Origin: Stegostoma tigrinum
Lineage: Eukaryota
Reading direction: 5' to 3'
DNA length: 64,000 bases
Assembly: GCF_030684315.1 (NCBI RefSeq)
Contig: NC_081373.1
Location: forward strand, 14,287,097 to 14,351,096
Part shown: in pieces, positions 38,936 through 50,859 of the stretch
Layout: every line of letters begins with the position of its first letter
Numbering within the stretch: position 1 is the first letter of the stretch
Program-made: the position numbers and the translations under genes
The notes under the pieces: generated by a model
Database searches by the model: none
Told to the model about the DNA's origin: nothing
Seen by the model: only the letters and a program-made list of their open reading frames with translations

Positions 38936-39519
38936 TTAAAAAAAAGAGAAGGTTGACAGATGGCTTGATGAGATACAGCAGAGTATTGTCAGCGTGGATT
39001 GTGTCACAGAGGAGATAGCAAGTAAGTGAAACAGGAAGGGCAAGGACAGTTAGTTGGATGGCTTTGATGGTTTGATGGTTTGATTGTAACGCTGAGTGAT
39101 GCCAACAGCACAGGTTCAGTTCAATTATCACCGAAGGTCCCAACTTCTGAACTTCAGCCTTGAGAATGGGGTGACCCTCAGGTTAAACTGACCACCACTC
39201 ATCTGTTTCTAATGAGAGAGCAGCCCTAAAGTCCTCTGGAATTATGATGATTTTACCTTTGCTTTCATAGGACTAGGCAGGAAAAAGTGGTTTGTTTCCT
39301 TGAAGGGCAATGTAAGGCCTCCTTGGATTTTTCAAAACAGCTTCCATAAGATTTTTTAAAAATTGAATTTTACAATTGGCCATGGCAGAATCTCTATTCA
39401 CAACTTGTGTTTCCACATCCCCAAATCCCAATCAACATATGTCCTCTCCCTAGAAATATTTCAAGTTCAGCCTGTTTCTGAAACCTTGCCCCAGATACTC
39501 TATCCTGCAGATCATTCTC

Positions 39520-40140
39520 AATCCACCATGAATATCCTCAAATACTGCCTCCAAATTCCCAAATCCTGGAATATATACAGAAAATAATGGCAAAAACTCA
39601 ATAGTCTGGCAGAGAGTGAAAAACAGCCAATGCTTGAGCTCTGTGACCTTTCATCATAATTGGGTAACGTTACAGAGATAATAGGTTTTGAGCAAAGCAT
39701 AGGTTGGACAAGGATGAGGAAGATTTGAGATAGGCTCGAAGGCAGGGGAGATGGAAATGACAGAAAGGTTAGTCGTTCTGGACCAAAGGGAATAGAGATG
39801 GGGCAAGAAAAGCAGCAAAGAATCACATGGTGTCCCAAAAGCAGGTACTACTAGCCGAAAGAAAATAACAAAAGAACCAAAGGAAAGATAACACAATGCA
39901 GAACAGATTATGGTCTGAAATTATTGAATGCAACACTGAGTTGAGAAGGCTGCAAAGTGCCTAACATGAGATAAGCCACTATTGAGTGTCAATGGAACAG
40001 TGCACTAATCTAAGGTTAGAAATGTCAGTGTGAGAGCAAGGTGGAGAATTAAAAGACACGTTGCTGGATACATTTGCAGACTGAACAGAAATGTTCTGCA
40101 AAGAAGTTACTAAATCAGCATTTAGTCTTCCCAATGTAGA
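39520..40140 (-). mobile_element. Old PLE (family B-like) relic
   Basis: Similar to 8249-8830 (ctgaaattattgaat...gaaggctgcaaagtgcc...ttcccaatgtaga). Confidence 0.55.
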
Positions 40141-40736
40141 TACTGTGACCGACTGTCAGTGGGCTTCTAATGAATATCAGTTATTAATAATGATAAATAT
40201 AACCAGAAATTGAGACAGAGCACTCAAGAAAGGGAAAGGCAAGCCTAATTAGGACCTATCCAGATACCCATAGCAACATCTTTTACTCAAAAGGGGTGAA
40301 GTTGAAAGAACAGTTACTCAAAGTGGGAATGAATTCTGCCAGAAGGTGGAGGGTAGTGTTGAACGGGGATTGGTTGGGCCTCCCCAGATCACATCCCCAC
40401 ATTTTAAAATCCCAGCCAATCCCGTCTATAAATTTGGAAACAAAGTACATTGCACACACAACTTTTCCATAGTGGGACAGCAGGGATTTTCAGTTGAACT
40501 TGTTTGGGGGGAATAAGTAACAGATGTGATTTCAGATCACCAACACAAGCACAGTAGAATAGGGAATGAGAAATAGAGAAATGAGGAACAGTTCTAACAG
40601 ACAGAAGACACAGTGATGAGGGGTTAAATGGCCTTTATCTACATTATAAAATTCAATAATTCTCTTTTCTGATTGACCACACCATTGCGAAAAAGCAACA
40701 ATCATATGCTTGTAACCAAAACCAGCAGGTACTCAC

Positions 40737-40865
40737 CATTTTCTCAATCTCCCCTGCCTCTTCCCGGGGCATTCGGTCTTGGAAATCATGATAGTGTTTG
40801 AGGCCAATGATCTGCTGCTTAGTCAGATTAGCTTTCATCTGAATATCATCCAAAGTTCTGAAACC
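40737..40865 (-). CDS. POLL: DNA polymerase lambda exon (129 bp)
   Basis: tacag|GGT TTC AGA...ATG|gtgagt; [43 protein letters not shown]. Confidence 0.96.
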
Positions 40866-41390
40866 CTGTAAAACATGTCTAAGTGTTAAAACATCTCAAT
40901 TTAATGTGAGAACAGGAAAAGAACAATAATAAGAATTATTTCCTTTTCCAAGAAAGAGTGAATAGACTAGATCATGGGATGGATGCATATTCAGATTGAA
41001 ATAGACAGATCACATTCACAAGTGGGATAAAGAGTTAGTAAAACTGGACTCAATGGCTGAATGTTCTCTGACCATTTGCAAGCATTAAAGAAAGAAAAAA
41101 AAATGCATTTGCTGTGAAGGTTTCATTTTTAATCTAAAGGATTGTGGATACCTGGATTTTTTTAAAAGGGGTCAATGAAAGGACATTGGAACACCATCTT
41201 AATGAGGCATTTCTTGGTAGTAAAATGTTTTGTGATAACTGCTTGTTTATTGGAATCCTTCCAATCGGGATCATGACTGTCAGCTTTCAGTTTCTACTTT
41301 GGATAGTAATAATGGGAACTGCAGATGCTGGAGAATCCGAGATAACAAAGTGTGGCGCTGGATGAGCACAGCAGGCCAAGCAGCATCTTA

Positions 41391-42900
41391 GAACATAGAA
41401 CATAGAACAGTACAGCACAGAACAGGCCCTTCAGCCCACGATGTTGTGTCGACCATTGATCCTCATGTATGCACCCTCAAATTTCTGTGACCATATGCAT
41501 GTCCAGCAGTCTCTTAAATGTCCCCAATGACCTTGCTTCCACAACTGCTGCTGGCAACGCATTCCATGCTCTCACAACTCTCTGTGTAAAGAACCCGCCT
41601 CTGACATCCCCTCTATACTTTCCTCCAACCAGCTTAAAACTATGACCCCTCGTGTTAGCCTTTTCTGCCCTGGGAAATAGTCTCTGGCTATCAACTCTAT
41701 CTATGCCTCTCATTGTCTTGTATACCTCAATTAGGTCCCCTCTCCTCCTCCTTTTCTCCAATGAAAAAAGTCCGAGCTCAGTCAACCTCTCTTCATAAGA
41801 TAAGCCCTCCAGTCCAGGCAGCATCCTGGTAAACCTCCTCTGAACCCTCTCCAAAGCATCCACATCTTTCCTATAGTAGGGCGACCAGAACTGGACGCAG
41901 TATTCCAAGTGCGGTCTAACCAAAGTTTTATAGAGCTGCAACCAGATCTCACGACTCTTAAACTCAATCCCCCTGTTAATGAAAGCCAAAACACCATATG
42001 CTTTCTTAACAATCCTGTCCACTTGGGTGGCCATTTTAAGGGATCTATGTATCTGCACACCAAGATCCCTCTGTTCCTCCACACTGCCAAGAATCCTATC
42101 CTTAATCCTGTACTCAGCTTTCAAATTCGACCTTCCAAAATGCATCACCTTGCATTTATCCAGGTTGAACTCCATCTGCCACCTCTCAGCCCATCTCTGC
42201 ATCCTATCAATGTCCCGCTGCAGCCTACAACAGCCCTCTATACTGTCAACGACACCTCCAAACTTCGTGTCGTCTGCAAACTTGCTGACCCATCCTTCAA
42301 TCCCCTCATCCAAGTAATTAGTAAAAATTACAAACAGTAGAGGCCCAAGGACAGAGCCCTGTGGAACACCACTCACCACTGACTTCCAGGCAGAATATTT
42401 TCTTTCTACTACCACTCGCTGTCTTCTGTTGGCCAGCCAATTCTGTATCCAGACAGCTAAGTTCCCCTGTATCCCATTCCTCCTGACCTTCTGAATGAGC
42501 CTACCATGGGGAACCTTATCAAATGCCTTACTGAAGTCCATATACACCACATCCACAGCTCGACCCTCATCAACTTTTCTAGTCACATCCTCAAAGAACT
42601 CGATAAGGTTTGTGAGGCATGACCTGCCCCTCACAAAGCCGTGTTGACTGCATTTAATCAAGCCATGCTCTTCCAGATGGTCATAAATCCTATCCCTCAG
42701 AGTCCTTTCTAACACCTTGCAGACGACAGACGTGAGACTTACTGGTCTGTAATTGCCGGGGATTTCCCTATTTCCTTTCTTGAAGAGAGGAATTACATTT
42801 GCCTCTCTCCAGTCCTCAGGTACGACTCCAGCGGAGAGTGAGGATGCAAAGATCTTCGCAAGTGGCGAAGCAATTGCATTTCTCATTTCCCAAAGCAGCC
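41391..42900 (-). mobile_element. Young 5'-truncated CR1 LINE with uninterrupted RT ORF, inserted into a PLE family A tail (41307-41390 and 42901-42945)
   Basis: ORF 41477-42886, 469 aa: [34 protein letters not shown]; (TAGAACA)n tail. Confidence 0.97.
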
Positions 42901-43189
42901 GAGGAGCACAAAAGCTGATGTTTTGGGCCTAGGCCACCTGATGAGCTTTCCAGCTCAGTTCTCCTGCTTCTGGAAAAATCCTTATGATTCAAATTTGAAA
43001 CCTGATTGTCCTTTTGAAAAGCGCCCAAAAGAATCCATGACACTGTTTTGTGTGTGTTTGCAAAGGTCTCAGAGATAACACTTGTCTATACCTTGCAGAA
43101 TGTCAGTCATCTGAACACTGCACCCCTTATCCATTTTACTTTTAAGAACTAACCATCATTTAAACTAGAGTGGCAGGGGGACAGGAACC

Positions 43190-44550
43190 TGGGTGGGAAG
43201 ACAACAATGAGGGAAACAAACATGGAAATGAAAGACAGGGAAGTGGAAAGCAAAACTGTATGGCAGAAGAAACAAGGGTTAGCAGTAAGCGCAAATGAAA
43301 TGTGCAATCAATCAAAACAACAAGTTTAAACGTGCTACACCTGAATGCACAGAGCATTCAAAACAGACAAAATAACAGCATTAATAGTTTTACTACAGTA
43401 CTATACGATAGCAATTATGGTTACAGGTGATCAAGTCTGGGAACTTAACAATCTTTAGGAAGCATAGGAAAAATAGAAAAGAAGATGGCAGTGTTAGAGA
43501 AATGTGAAATCAGACCAATCATGAGAAAGGATATTGGTTCAGGAAATTTAGATGTGGAATCAGCCTGGGTTCAGCTAAGAAATAACAATTCCATTGGTAG
43601 GAGCTGTATCTAGGCCTCTGAACTGCAGTGCTAAGTTGGGAATGACTTTAAAAGGAAACTATTTAGAGACACATTCAACAAAGGGGCTACAGTAATCATG
43701 AGTGATTTTAATCTACATGTAATCTGAGTAAACCATGATGAATTCCTGGAATATTGCACAAGATAGATTTTTAGAGCTGTACATCGAGGAACCAACTCAC
43801 AGGTGGGTTATCCTCGATTTGGTTTTGTGCAATGAGAAGGGATTAGTAATCTTTTTGCGAGAAGTCCTCTAGGGAAAATATGATATAACATGATCACAGA
43901 ACTATCCAGTGGGATAGCAAGTGAAAAAATCCAATTCAAAACTATTTGAGGATGCGATGACCTGGTGGTATTATCACTGAACAGTTAATCCAGAATCCAA
44001 GTAATATTCTGGTGACCTGTGTTCAAATCCTGCATGGCAGATGGTGGAATTTGAATCCAATAAAAATCTGCAATTATGAGGCTAATGATGATCCTGAATC
44101 CATTGTTGATTGTCAGGAAAAACCAATCTGGTTCACCAATGTCCTTTACGGATCGAAACTGCCATCCTTACCTGGTCTGGTCTACATATGACTCCAGATC
44201 CACAGTTATATGGTTGATTCTTAACTGCCCTCTGGGCAAGAAATGCTGGCTTAGCCAGTGACGTCTACATCCAATAAATGAATTAAAAACTAAAATGGAT
44301 GAAGAAATTGTTAACAGACAGGAAATGGAGATTAGTAATAAGTCAGTAATTTTGGAGTGGAAGGTAATGTCAAATGGGATACAACAAGGGTCAGCACTAG
44401 GGCCCCCACTATTCACAATATGGATCAATGATTTAGATGAGGGAATTGAGTGCAATATTTCCAAGTTTGCTGATGAAACAAAACTAAGTGGTCAGGAGAA
44501 TAAGTTTCAGGTCATTGAGTGGGCAAATAAATGGCAGATGCAGGATCAGG
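43190..44550 (+). mobile_element. Old CR1 (APE endonuclease and RT remnants) with a SINE family 2 insertion at ~43965-44285
   Basis: [30 protein letters not shown]...KFADETKL. Confidence 0.8.
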
Positions 44551-44681
44551 TGTAACATGCTGGATCTTGGAGCAGTTGACATTGTCTCTGTCAAACTAAG
44601 AGCAGGGTGCCAAGAAGGTACTGACAATAAACTCAGGAATCTGCTCAGAGAATTATATAATATTGCAGAATCTGCTTCCAC

Positions 44682-44855
44682 CTGCTGGTACCACATCTGG
44701 GCTGTCTTCACACCAGCTCCCCAGATGTTTGAGAAGGTTTCCAGCACTGGGACACTCTCACTGACGTAGTCAAGCTTGCGCAGGTGCCCACTCTCCAGTA
44801 TCTCTCTGATTTTCTCAGCCATTCGTTTGCCAATGCCAGGGATCTTACATGCTTC
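44682..44855 (-). CDS. POLL: DNA polymerase lambda exon (174 bp, HhH/dRP lyase)
   Basis: cacag|GAA GCA...CAG|gtggaa; [28 protein letters not shown]...[16 protein letters not shown]. Confidence 0.96.
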
Positions 44856-45587
44856 CTGTGGACAGTTTAAGAGAAACTGGGTCCAAAATGTATTCATGTA
44901 TACAAATCAAGCTACATTTTAAAGATTATTAACAAATGCACAAGCCTTCACTTTATTAATAGAGTACAAAATCAAAAAAGTTACATGAAAGCTTTATAAA
45001 ACACTGGTTTAGCCACAGCTGAAGGACTCTCATCACTTTTGGCACCATTGTTTAGGAACAAACAAACCTGGGCTCCCAGGGGATTCCTCATTGCCCAGGA
45101 GGGTACTGTAGCTGATTGGGAAGGAAGGGGTTGCCCACTGAGAGTCATACACCTGCTCTTACTGCCAAAATCCTTTCTCCACACCCCTGTGATTGCCACC
45201 TGATGACCTCCATCCAGCCATTACTCATTTGTGCTTGGGACCCTCTTCAATCTGAGGCTTTGGGTAGGTGTCTAATGGCAGCAACCATCACTACCTCCAC
45301 AAGGGGCAGTGCCCTTCATGTAAGTGCAGCCTCTGATCGGAGTTCTTGTTGGGACTTCTGATCCCCTTTCCTTGATCACAGGATAGGCACTGCCAATGGC
45401 CTTTCAAGAGCTGGAATGCCACTCATTGTGATGGACCTTCCTGAAGAGAAGCTAAGCAGGGCTCTGACCAGTTCTCTAGCTGGACGCCAATATTCCAGTC
45501 GCCTTCACCAGATTCCACCGTACATCTAGAAGAGAGCACTGTGATGAAGAAGGAATGAAATCCTTGGAGGCAGAATGATTGTTGATG

Positions 45588-45750
45588 TAAATAACAGTGT
45601 GGAGCTGGAGGAACACAGCAGGCCAGGGAGCATCAGAGAAGCAGGAAAGTTGACGTTTCCTACTCTTCTGATGCTGTCTAGCCTGCCGTGTTCCTCCACC
45701 TCCACGTTGTGTTATCTGTGACTCCAGCATTGGCAGTTCTACTGTCTTTG
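45588..45750. mobile_element. Diverged short fold-back PLE derivative
   Basis: ataacagtgtggagctggaggaacacagcaggc versus gcctgccgtgttcctccacctccacgttgtgttat. Confidence 0.75.
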
Positions 45751-46164
45751 AGTGACTGCTGATGTAGTTCAGGGTGGAAGTTTTGGTATTTATTCCACCC
45801 ACAGTTCTTTTACATTAAAAATTTATGAATTGTGAAGTTATAAACTGATTCAGCATTTTTAAAGTAAACTGCTTCTGAGAATAAATTACAGATGTGAATT
45901 GAAAAGAGGTAGTATTTGGATAAAATGGTTTAAAATGTCCCATGAAATAATCTGAAATTGTTCAGCGATATGGCCTGAAGATTGGGGTTAGGAATGAAAA
46001 CCTTTACACAAACTTCCTACAATTGCCAATGTGTTTTCAATGTGTTGAATGTCTTTAGGATGAATGCTCCTTGTAACAGGATAACTGGGTCAGTGGTATT
46101 ACCTGGCTCAAAATCTTATTAATCTTAATTACTTGCCATCACCTAAACTTACGAACTCTTAATA

Positions 46165-46455
46165 ACTTACCTCCCTCCCACTGGCTGCTTACCCCACCTC
46201 CACCCTATTGCTCACGCTCTCTCTTGTTCATCACTTCACTCATTTTCTACTCTCTCTCTCACCCACCTCTTCCTCATGTCCACCTTTCCTCCTAGCCCAC
46301 CTATCATATTTGTCCCCTGTCCCTCTGAACTCCTCTTATTCTCACCGCCCTTCTGCTGCTTCTCCTACTCATCCACCTCTTCACTCTTCCACTCGCTCTC
46401 TCTCCCTGTCATTCTTTATCCCTTCACTCCCTATTCTGTTCACTTCCCTCCCTGG
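46165..46455 (+). repeat. Low-complexity pyrimidine (CT-rich) tract
   Basis: Strong C/T bias without a fixed period. Confidence 0.7.
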
Positions 46456-46865
46456 AATCTTCACTTTGCCAAAGAAGTCAATTGATGATATAGATTTGGG
46501 TTCCACAAACTGGCGAGAGTGAATTTAGGCTGTTCTACCTGAATTTAAATTTATTGAACTTACTTTCCTCAGGCTAAGTATTCAGTAATGCAGGAACAGT
46601 CACCAATTTAAACCTGTCATTGAGGGGCAACGTCTTACAAATCAGTGTTATTGAAGCTTTGTCTCAGGGAGTGGTTGAGGCAAATACTATTGTTCCACTT
46701 AAAGGAGGAATCAATCAATTAAAACCACACAATCCACATTTTAATGAAATCAGTACAGGGTAAAATCGGCAAAATGCAGTTTCCCAGTGGCAGGTCAGGC
46801 TCAGCAAATCAAACTGAAGTTCCTCCACATGGAGGCTAGGGAGAAGGAAAAGGCTGAGATTTTAC

Positions 46866-47174
46866 CTCGTAGGAGGACACCGGCTTCTGGTAACTCTTCA
46901 AGGAGTTGATGGCCTTGGCATATCCCAGCGCTCTCCACTTGTCACCCTGATGTGTATATGCAGCCTCCAGCACCTCCAACTTGTCTGTGATGGGTTTGTT
47001 GTGGTTTTCCTTTTTGCTTTCGGATGATTGGGCACACACCCACTTGCCACTAACAGCTGCTTTCCCACGGTCAGATCCATTCGACAAATGGCTGCTCCCG
47101 GAGATCAGGGCTCGCAGGTCATGCTCAGATACAATGTCATCTTCAGCGTCACTCCCGCATTCATCTTCACAAAA
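46866..47174 (-). CDS. POLL: DNA polymerase lambda exon (309 bp, linker plus start of 8-kDa domain)
   Basis: ctctttag|TTT TGT...GAG|gtaaaa; [52 protein letters not shown]. Confidence 0.93.
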
Positions 47175-48237
47175 CTAAAGAGACGCCAAGGACAGCGTTC
47201 AGTGAAAGGGTGAATATTTCACCAAAGTATCACTTTTAGAGATAGCTGATTCCCAACTTATCCCAGTATTACACTTGTTGATGTGTAAGATAGACTTGCA
47301 TTTCTTTCACAACATGTAGGTGCTCCAAAGTGTTTCACAGTAAATTATTTGCTTTTAAGGCATAGGAATTGTTGTAAGGTCAGAAATACAGAAGCCAATT
47401 TACATTCACAGCAAGGTCCCCAAAACAGCTAAAAATTCTTCTTTCATGGTGTTTATTGAGAGAAAAGAATTCATGCAGCACCAAGATGAATTCAATTGGT
47501 CTTCCTCCAAATAATGACCATGGGATGTTTCATGTCCACCTAGTATGGCAGGTGGAACCACGGTTTAGTTTCTCAGTGAAAGATGGCATTCCCTCGGTAC
47601 TGACCTCGGTGACTGACTCTCTGACAATGCCATATCCCCTAGTGCTGACACTCTAACAGTGCTGCACTCCCTCCCCCGTTAGAACTGGAACTGACTTCTG
47701 TTTGCCTCTATGGAATGGCCATGGATTTAGTTAATGAACTGTTGTCATCATATATTAATGAGGCCTGGTCATAGGAATGAAAACACACTGTACTCCCTGA
47801 ACCAGATCCATGAGCCATGGGGATTGAAGCTGCCAGGTTCAATCCCTGATCATGGCTGAGTGAAACAATGTCGGTCAGTAACTGTGGTGCTGCAACTGGC
47901 CTAAGTTGGGGAAAGGGTTGGGAATCAGCCAAGGTTCCCATGCCTAATGGTTGATTTTGCCTGAAACATGTTCACGTTGGCTCTGGCCAGGATTGGGCTA
48001 ACAGTAGGTGCCACGAGGCAGCGAAAAATGTCAGATGGGAGCTTTGAACAATTCTTGACACAGTGAAAGTAGACAATACTATTTTTACTGAATTTACACA
48101 GCATCTTTTAACATAGTGGTTCTATGAAGCACTATCAGACAGCATTTGACACTGAATCACATGAGGAGGTGACAAAAGCTGGATGAATAAGACAAGCTCA
48201 AGGAGCATCTTAAAAGGAGAGGGAGAAGGATCAAGGG

Positions 48238-48470
48238 GAAGAGAGAGAGAGAGAGAAAGCACATAAGAGAGAGAGAGAGTGAGAACGGGAGAGAGAGAGA
48301 ACAAGAGAACGAGAGAGAACGAGAGAGCGAGAGAGAGCGAGAATGAGAGAGAGCGAGAGAACGAGAGAGAGAACGAGGCAGAGAGAGAGAGAGAACAAGA
48401 GAGAGAGAGAACGAGAGAGAGAGAGAGAGAACGAGAGAGAGAACAAGAGAGAACGAGAGAGAGAGAGAGT
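48238..48470 (+). repeat. Compound (GA)n / GAGAAC microsatellite
   Basis: Direct inspection; source of the spurious ER- and SL-rich ORFs. Confidence 0.95.
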
Positions 48471-48618
48471 GTTTTGGGAGGGAATTCTAGAGCTTGGGGC
48501 CAAGTCAGCTGGAGCAAGGCCAACAATAATTGAGTGATTAAAGTAGGGAATGCATAGATACTTGAACTGAACAGTCACATATATTTGAAAAGGGGGTGGC
48601 AGGGGTATGTTTCTGTAC

Positions 48619-49112
48619 CTGGGCCATAGGGACTTGTACTGATACATTGACTTCTTCAGCTGTGGCCTCTCCCTGTTGCTCAGCAAAAGACTCTTCCATC
48701 TTTGTGCAGTTCAGCTTGAGCTGGGTCCTTGATCGACTGTTGACCTCTGCAGTCTCTTGCTGATCCTCATCCCCTGACCCCTGATTTTTGCTCTGGTGTG
48801 CAGATGGCAGGTACCTGTCTGGGATGAAGATGCTGTAGTCCACTGTGCTCAAAAGTCTCCTCTCTGCGATGCATAAACTGAGCCATGCAGATCGCACCAA
48901 CTGGACTCTGGGGGGCAGAACCTCCAGACCCAGGAGGCGAAAGGCACGATCACGGTCCATCTCATCATCTATGACCACATGAGTAACGGCTGGAGAGAAA
49001 GCAAGGCTGACCTCCCCACCACTCTGTATAATCCGCTTGTGAAAGATTTCTGTCCGAGCCTTTCCAATCCCTGCCTGGACAATGTGCACCACCACTCCAC
49101 ACAACCAGGTTT
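48619..49112 (-). CDS. POLL: DNA polymerase lambda BRCT plus linker exon (494 bp)
   Basis: ctacag|AA ACC TGG; BRCT (GIGKARTEIF...VTHVVID...QLVRSAWLSLCI) stays open to PMAQ|gtacag; phase 1 in and phase 0 out match the neighbouring exons. Confidence 0.88.
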
Positions 49113-50483
49113 CTGTAGAAATATGATTTTAAAAAAAGGACAGATGATAGAATATGTTCATTTGGACTTCTAAGAGAGTGTAGGTCCATCTATCATAGAT
49201 GTTGCTTCGCATGGAGGTGGAATAGGTGGGATGGAGGGGAATTTGGAGCTTGGAGTAAGAGGTGGAGAAGACTACAGGGCAGTGAGTGAGTAAGTGAAAG
49301 TTACAGATTTAAAACAATTTGTAAAAAGAACTGGAGGAGAGATAAGAATGTTTTCCATACAGAGAATGGTTAACATCCAGAATGTACTACCTAACAACAG
49401 TGTGGAAGCAGATTCCGCAGGAACTTTGTAAGGGACTGCACTCCATGACAAGCCAAATGACCTCCATCTGTGCTATAAGATTCTTTTAGACTAAAGCAAG
49501 TGATCAGAAGTATTCCGCTGATTCACCAGCAGAACACTAAGGGTGATCTGTAATTGAATTATGTATGGTATGCCTGATAGAGTCACACTATACCATATAT
49601 TTATTTCTTCATGAGGATGAAGAATTTGTAAGACTCCTGCAGTGGGCCTCTGGAAACTGTCATCCACACAACTTTCTTTGCGCTGTTTGAAACAGAAAGC
49701 AAAATCAATTATCCAGCATGACTGGACAAAAGTTCAGCAGTAAGTCTGATCCCAGCTCTTGATAGGAGGGCGATTCCAGTTTGAGTTGAATGTAGGAGTT
49801 TGAGAAGAAAGGGAGAATTAAATCTTGGATTGGAAACAGAACTCCAATGTGCCATTCTCACTCTTTCTCATAATTACGGTTATTCCATCACAGCAGTTTA
49901 CTGAGTTTTAAAACCGCAATGAATTAGAGAGCATGTGGCATTGTTGGAGGTGCCAGCCCTCAGGTGAAATCTGAACACAAAAAAACTTTGCCTGGGTAGG
50001 TCAAGTGACCATTAACAGATCAAGTATAGGAAAGAGTGTGCTGGCCAACATTTCCTACTCAGCTAAACTCTAACAAGAGACAAACTGACTGGCCAGCTAG
50101 TTCAACATGTTTTTGTTTGGCATCTATCAGTGCAGAAAATGGCTGTCGGGCGTACTTGCCTTGCAGTGTGCTTTGATGCACCTATGAATGGCATGTTATG
50201 ATGCTAAATAAATAAGGACCTAATTTTGTACGGTGTCTTTTGTGAGCTCATTAAGTCCCAAAGAGTGTTACTACTGCTGCGTTTTTGAAATGTGCACTGC
50301 TGCACAGTAGGAAATACAGTCTCCAATCTCAGCACATTAAGAACATAGAAAAAGTGATATGTTAACAAGCAAATAAAGAATAATAAATACATTCTTTCTT
50401 TCATTGTTCAACTCCAGATTCTGTTTAATTTCCATTTGTTTCAACATGCACACTACAAGCGTGAAATTCACAATTTGCTCTAC

Positions 50484-50598
50484 CTTTACTGACTTCATCT
50501 GTTTTTACTTTCTTCTGGGTCACTCCGGATGTTGCTGGTACGATGTCTTTTGCTCGTTTCACCTTCCGAAATGCCTTGACAATCCCCTGAGTCTCCAT
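50484..50598 (-). CDS. POLL: DNA polymerase lambda first coding exon (115 bp coding; acceptor near 50661)
   Basis: METQGIVKAFRKVKRAKDIVPATSGVTQKKVKTDEVSK G|gtagag, resembling human MDPRGILKAFPKR; basic NLS-like stretch. Confidence 0.9.
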
Positions 50599-50859
50599 AT
50601 GACAGATTCACAGTTTGGGCATGCTGTTCAGGTGAGTTGTCCGTATGATCTGCCAACCACCCTGTTCCAAAAATTAGGATTTTATTTCCATTGAAAGAAT
50701 TTGCAAATGTCCATGCCCAATCCCATTTTCCAATGCCTTCCCAATACTGTCTTAAGTGTCCAGCTGAGGCCTAATCTGCGATTACTGGTTTGACATAGCT
50801 CCCTATTGCTTCATAATGAGGAAATTTCCAGAAACTTGACCTCCTCAAGGCAAGTGACT

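Noticed and set aside
48122-48686. SL-rich and ER-rich ORFs
   Set aside because: Translations of the (GA)n microsatellite; only the part overlapping the POLL exon is coding, in another frame.
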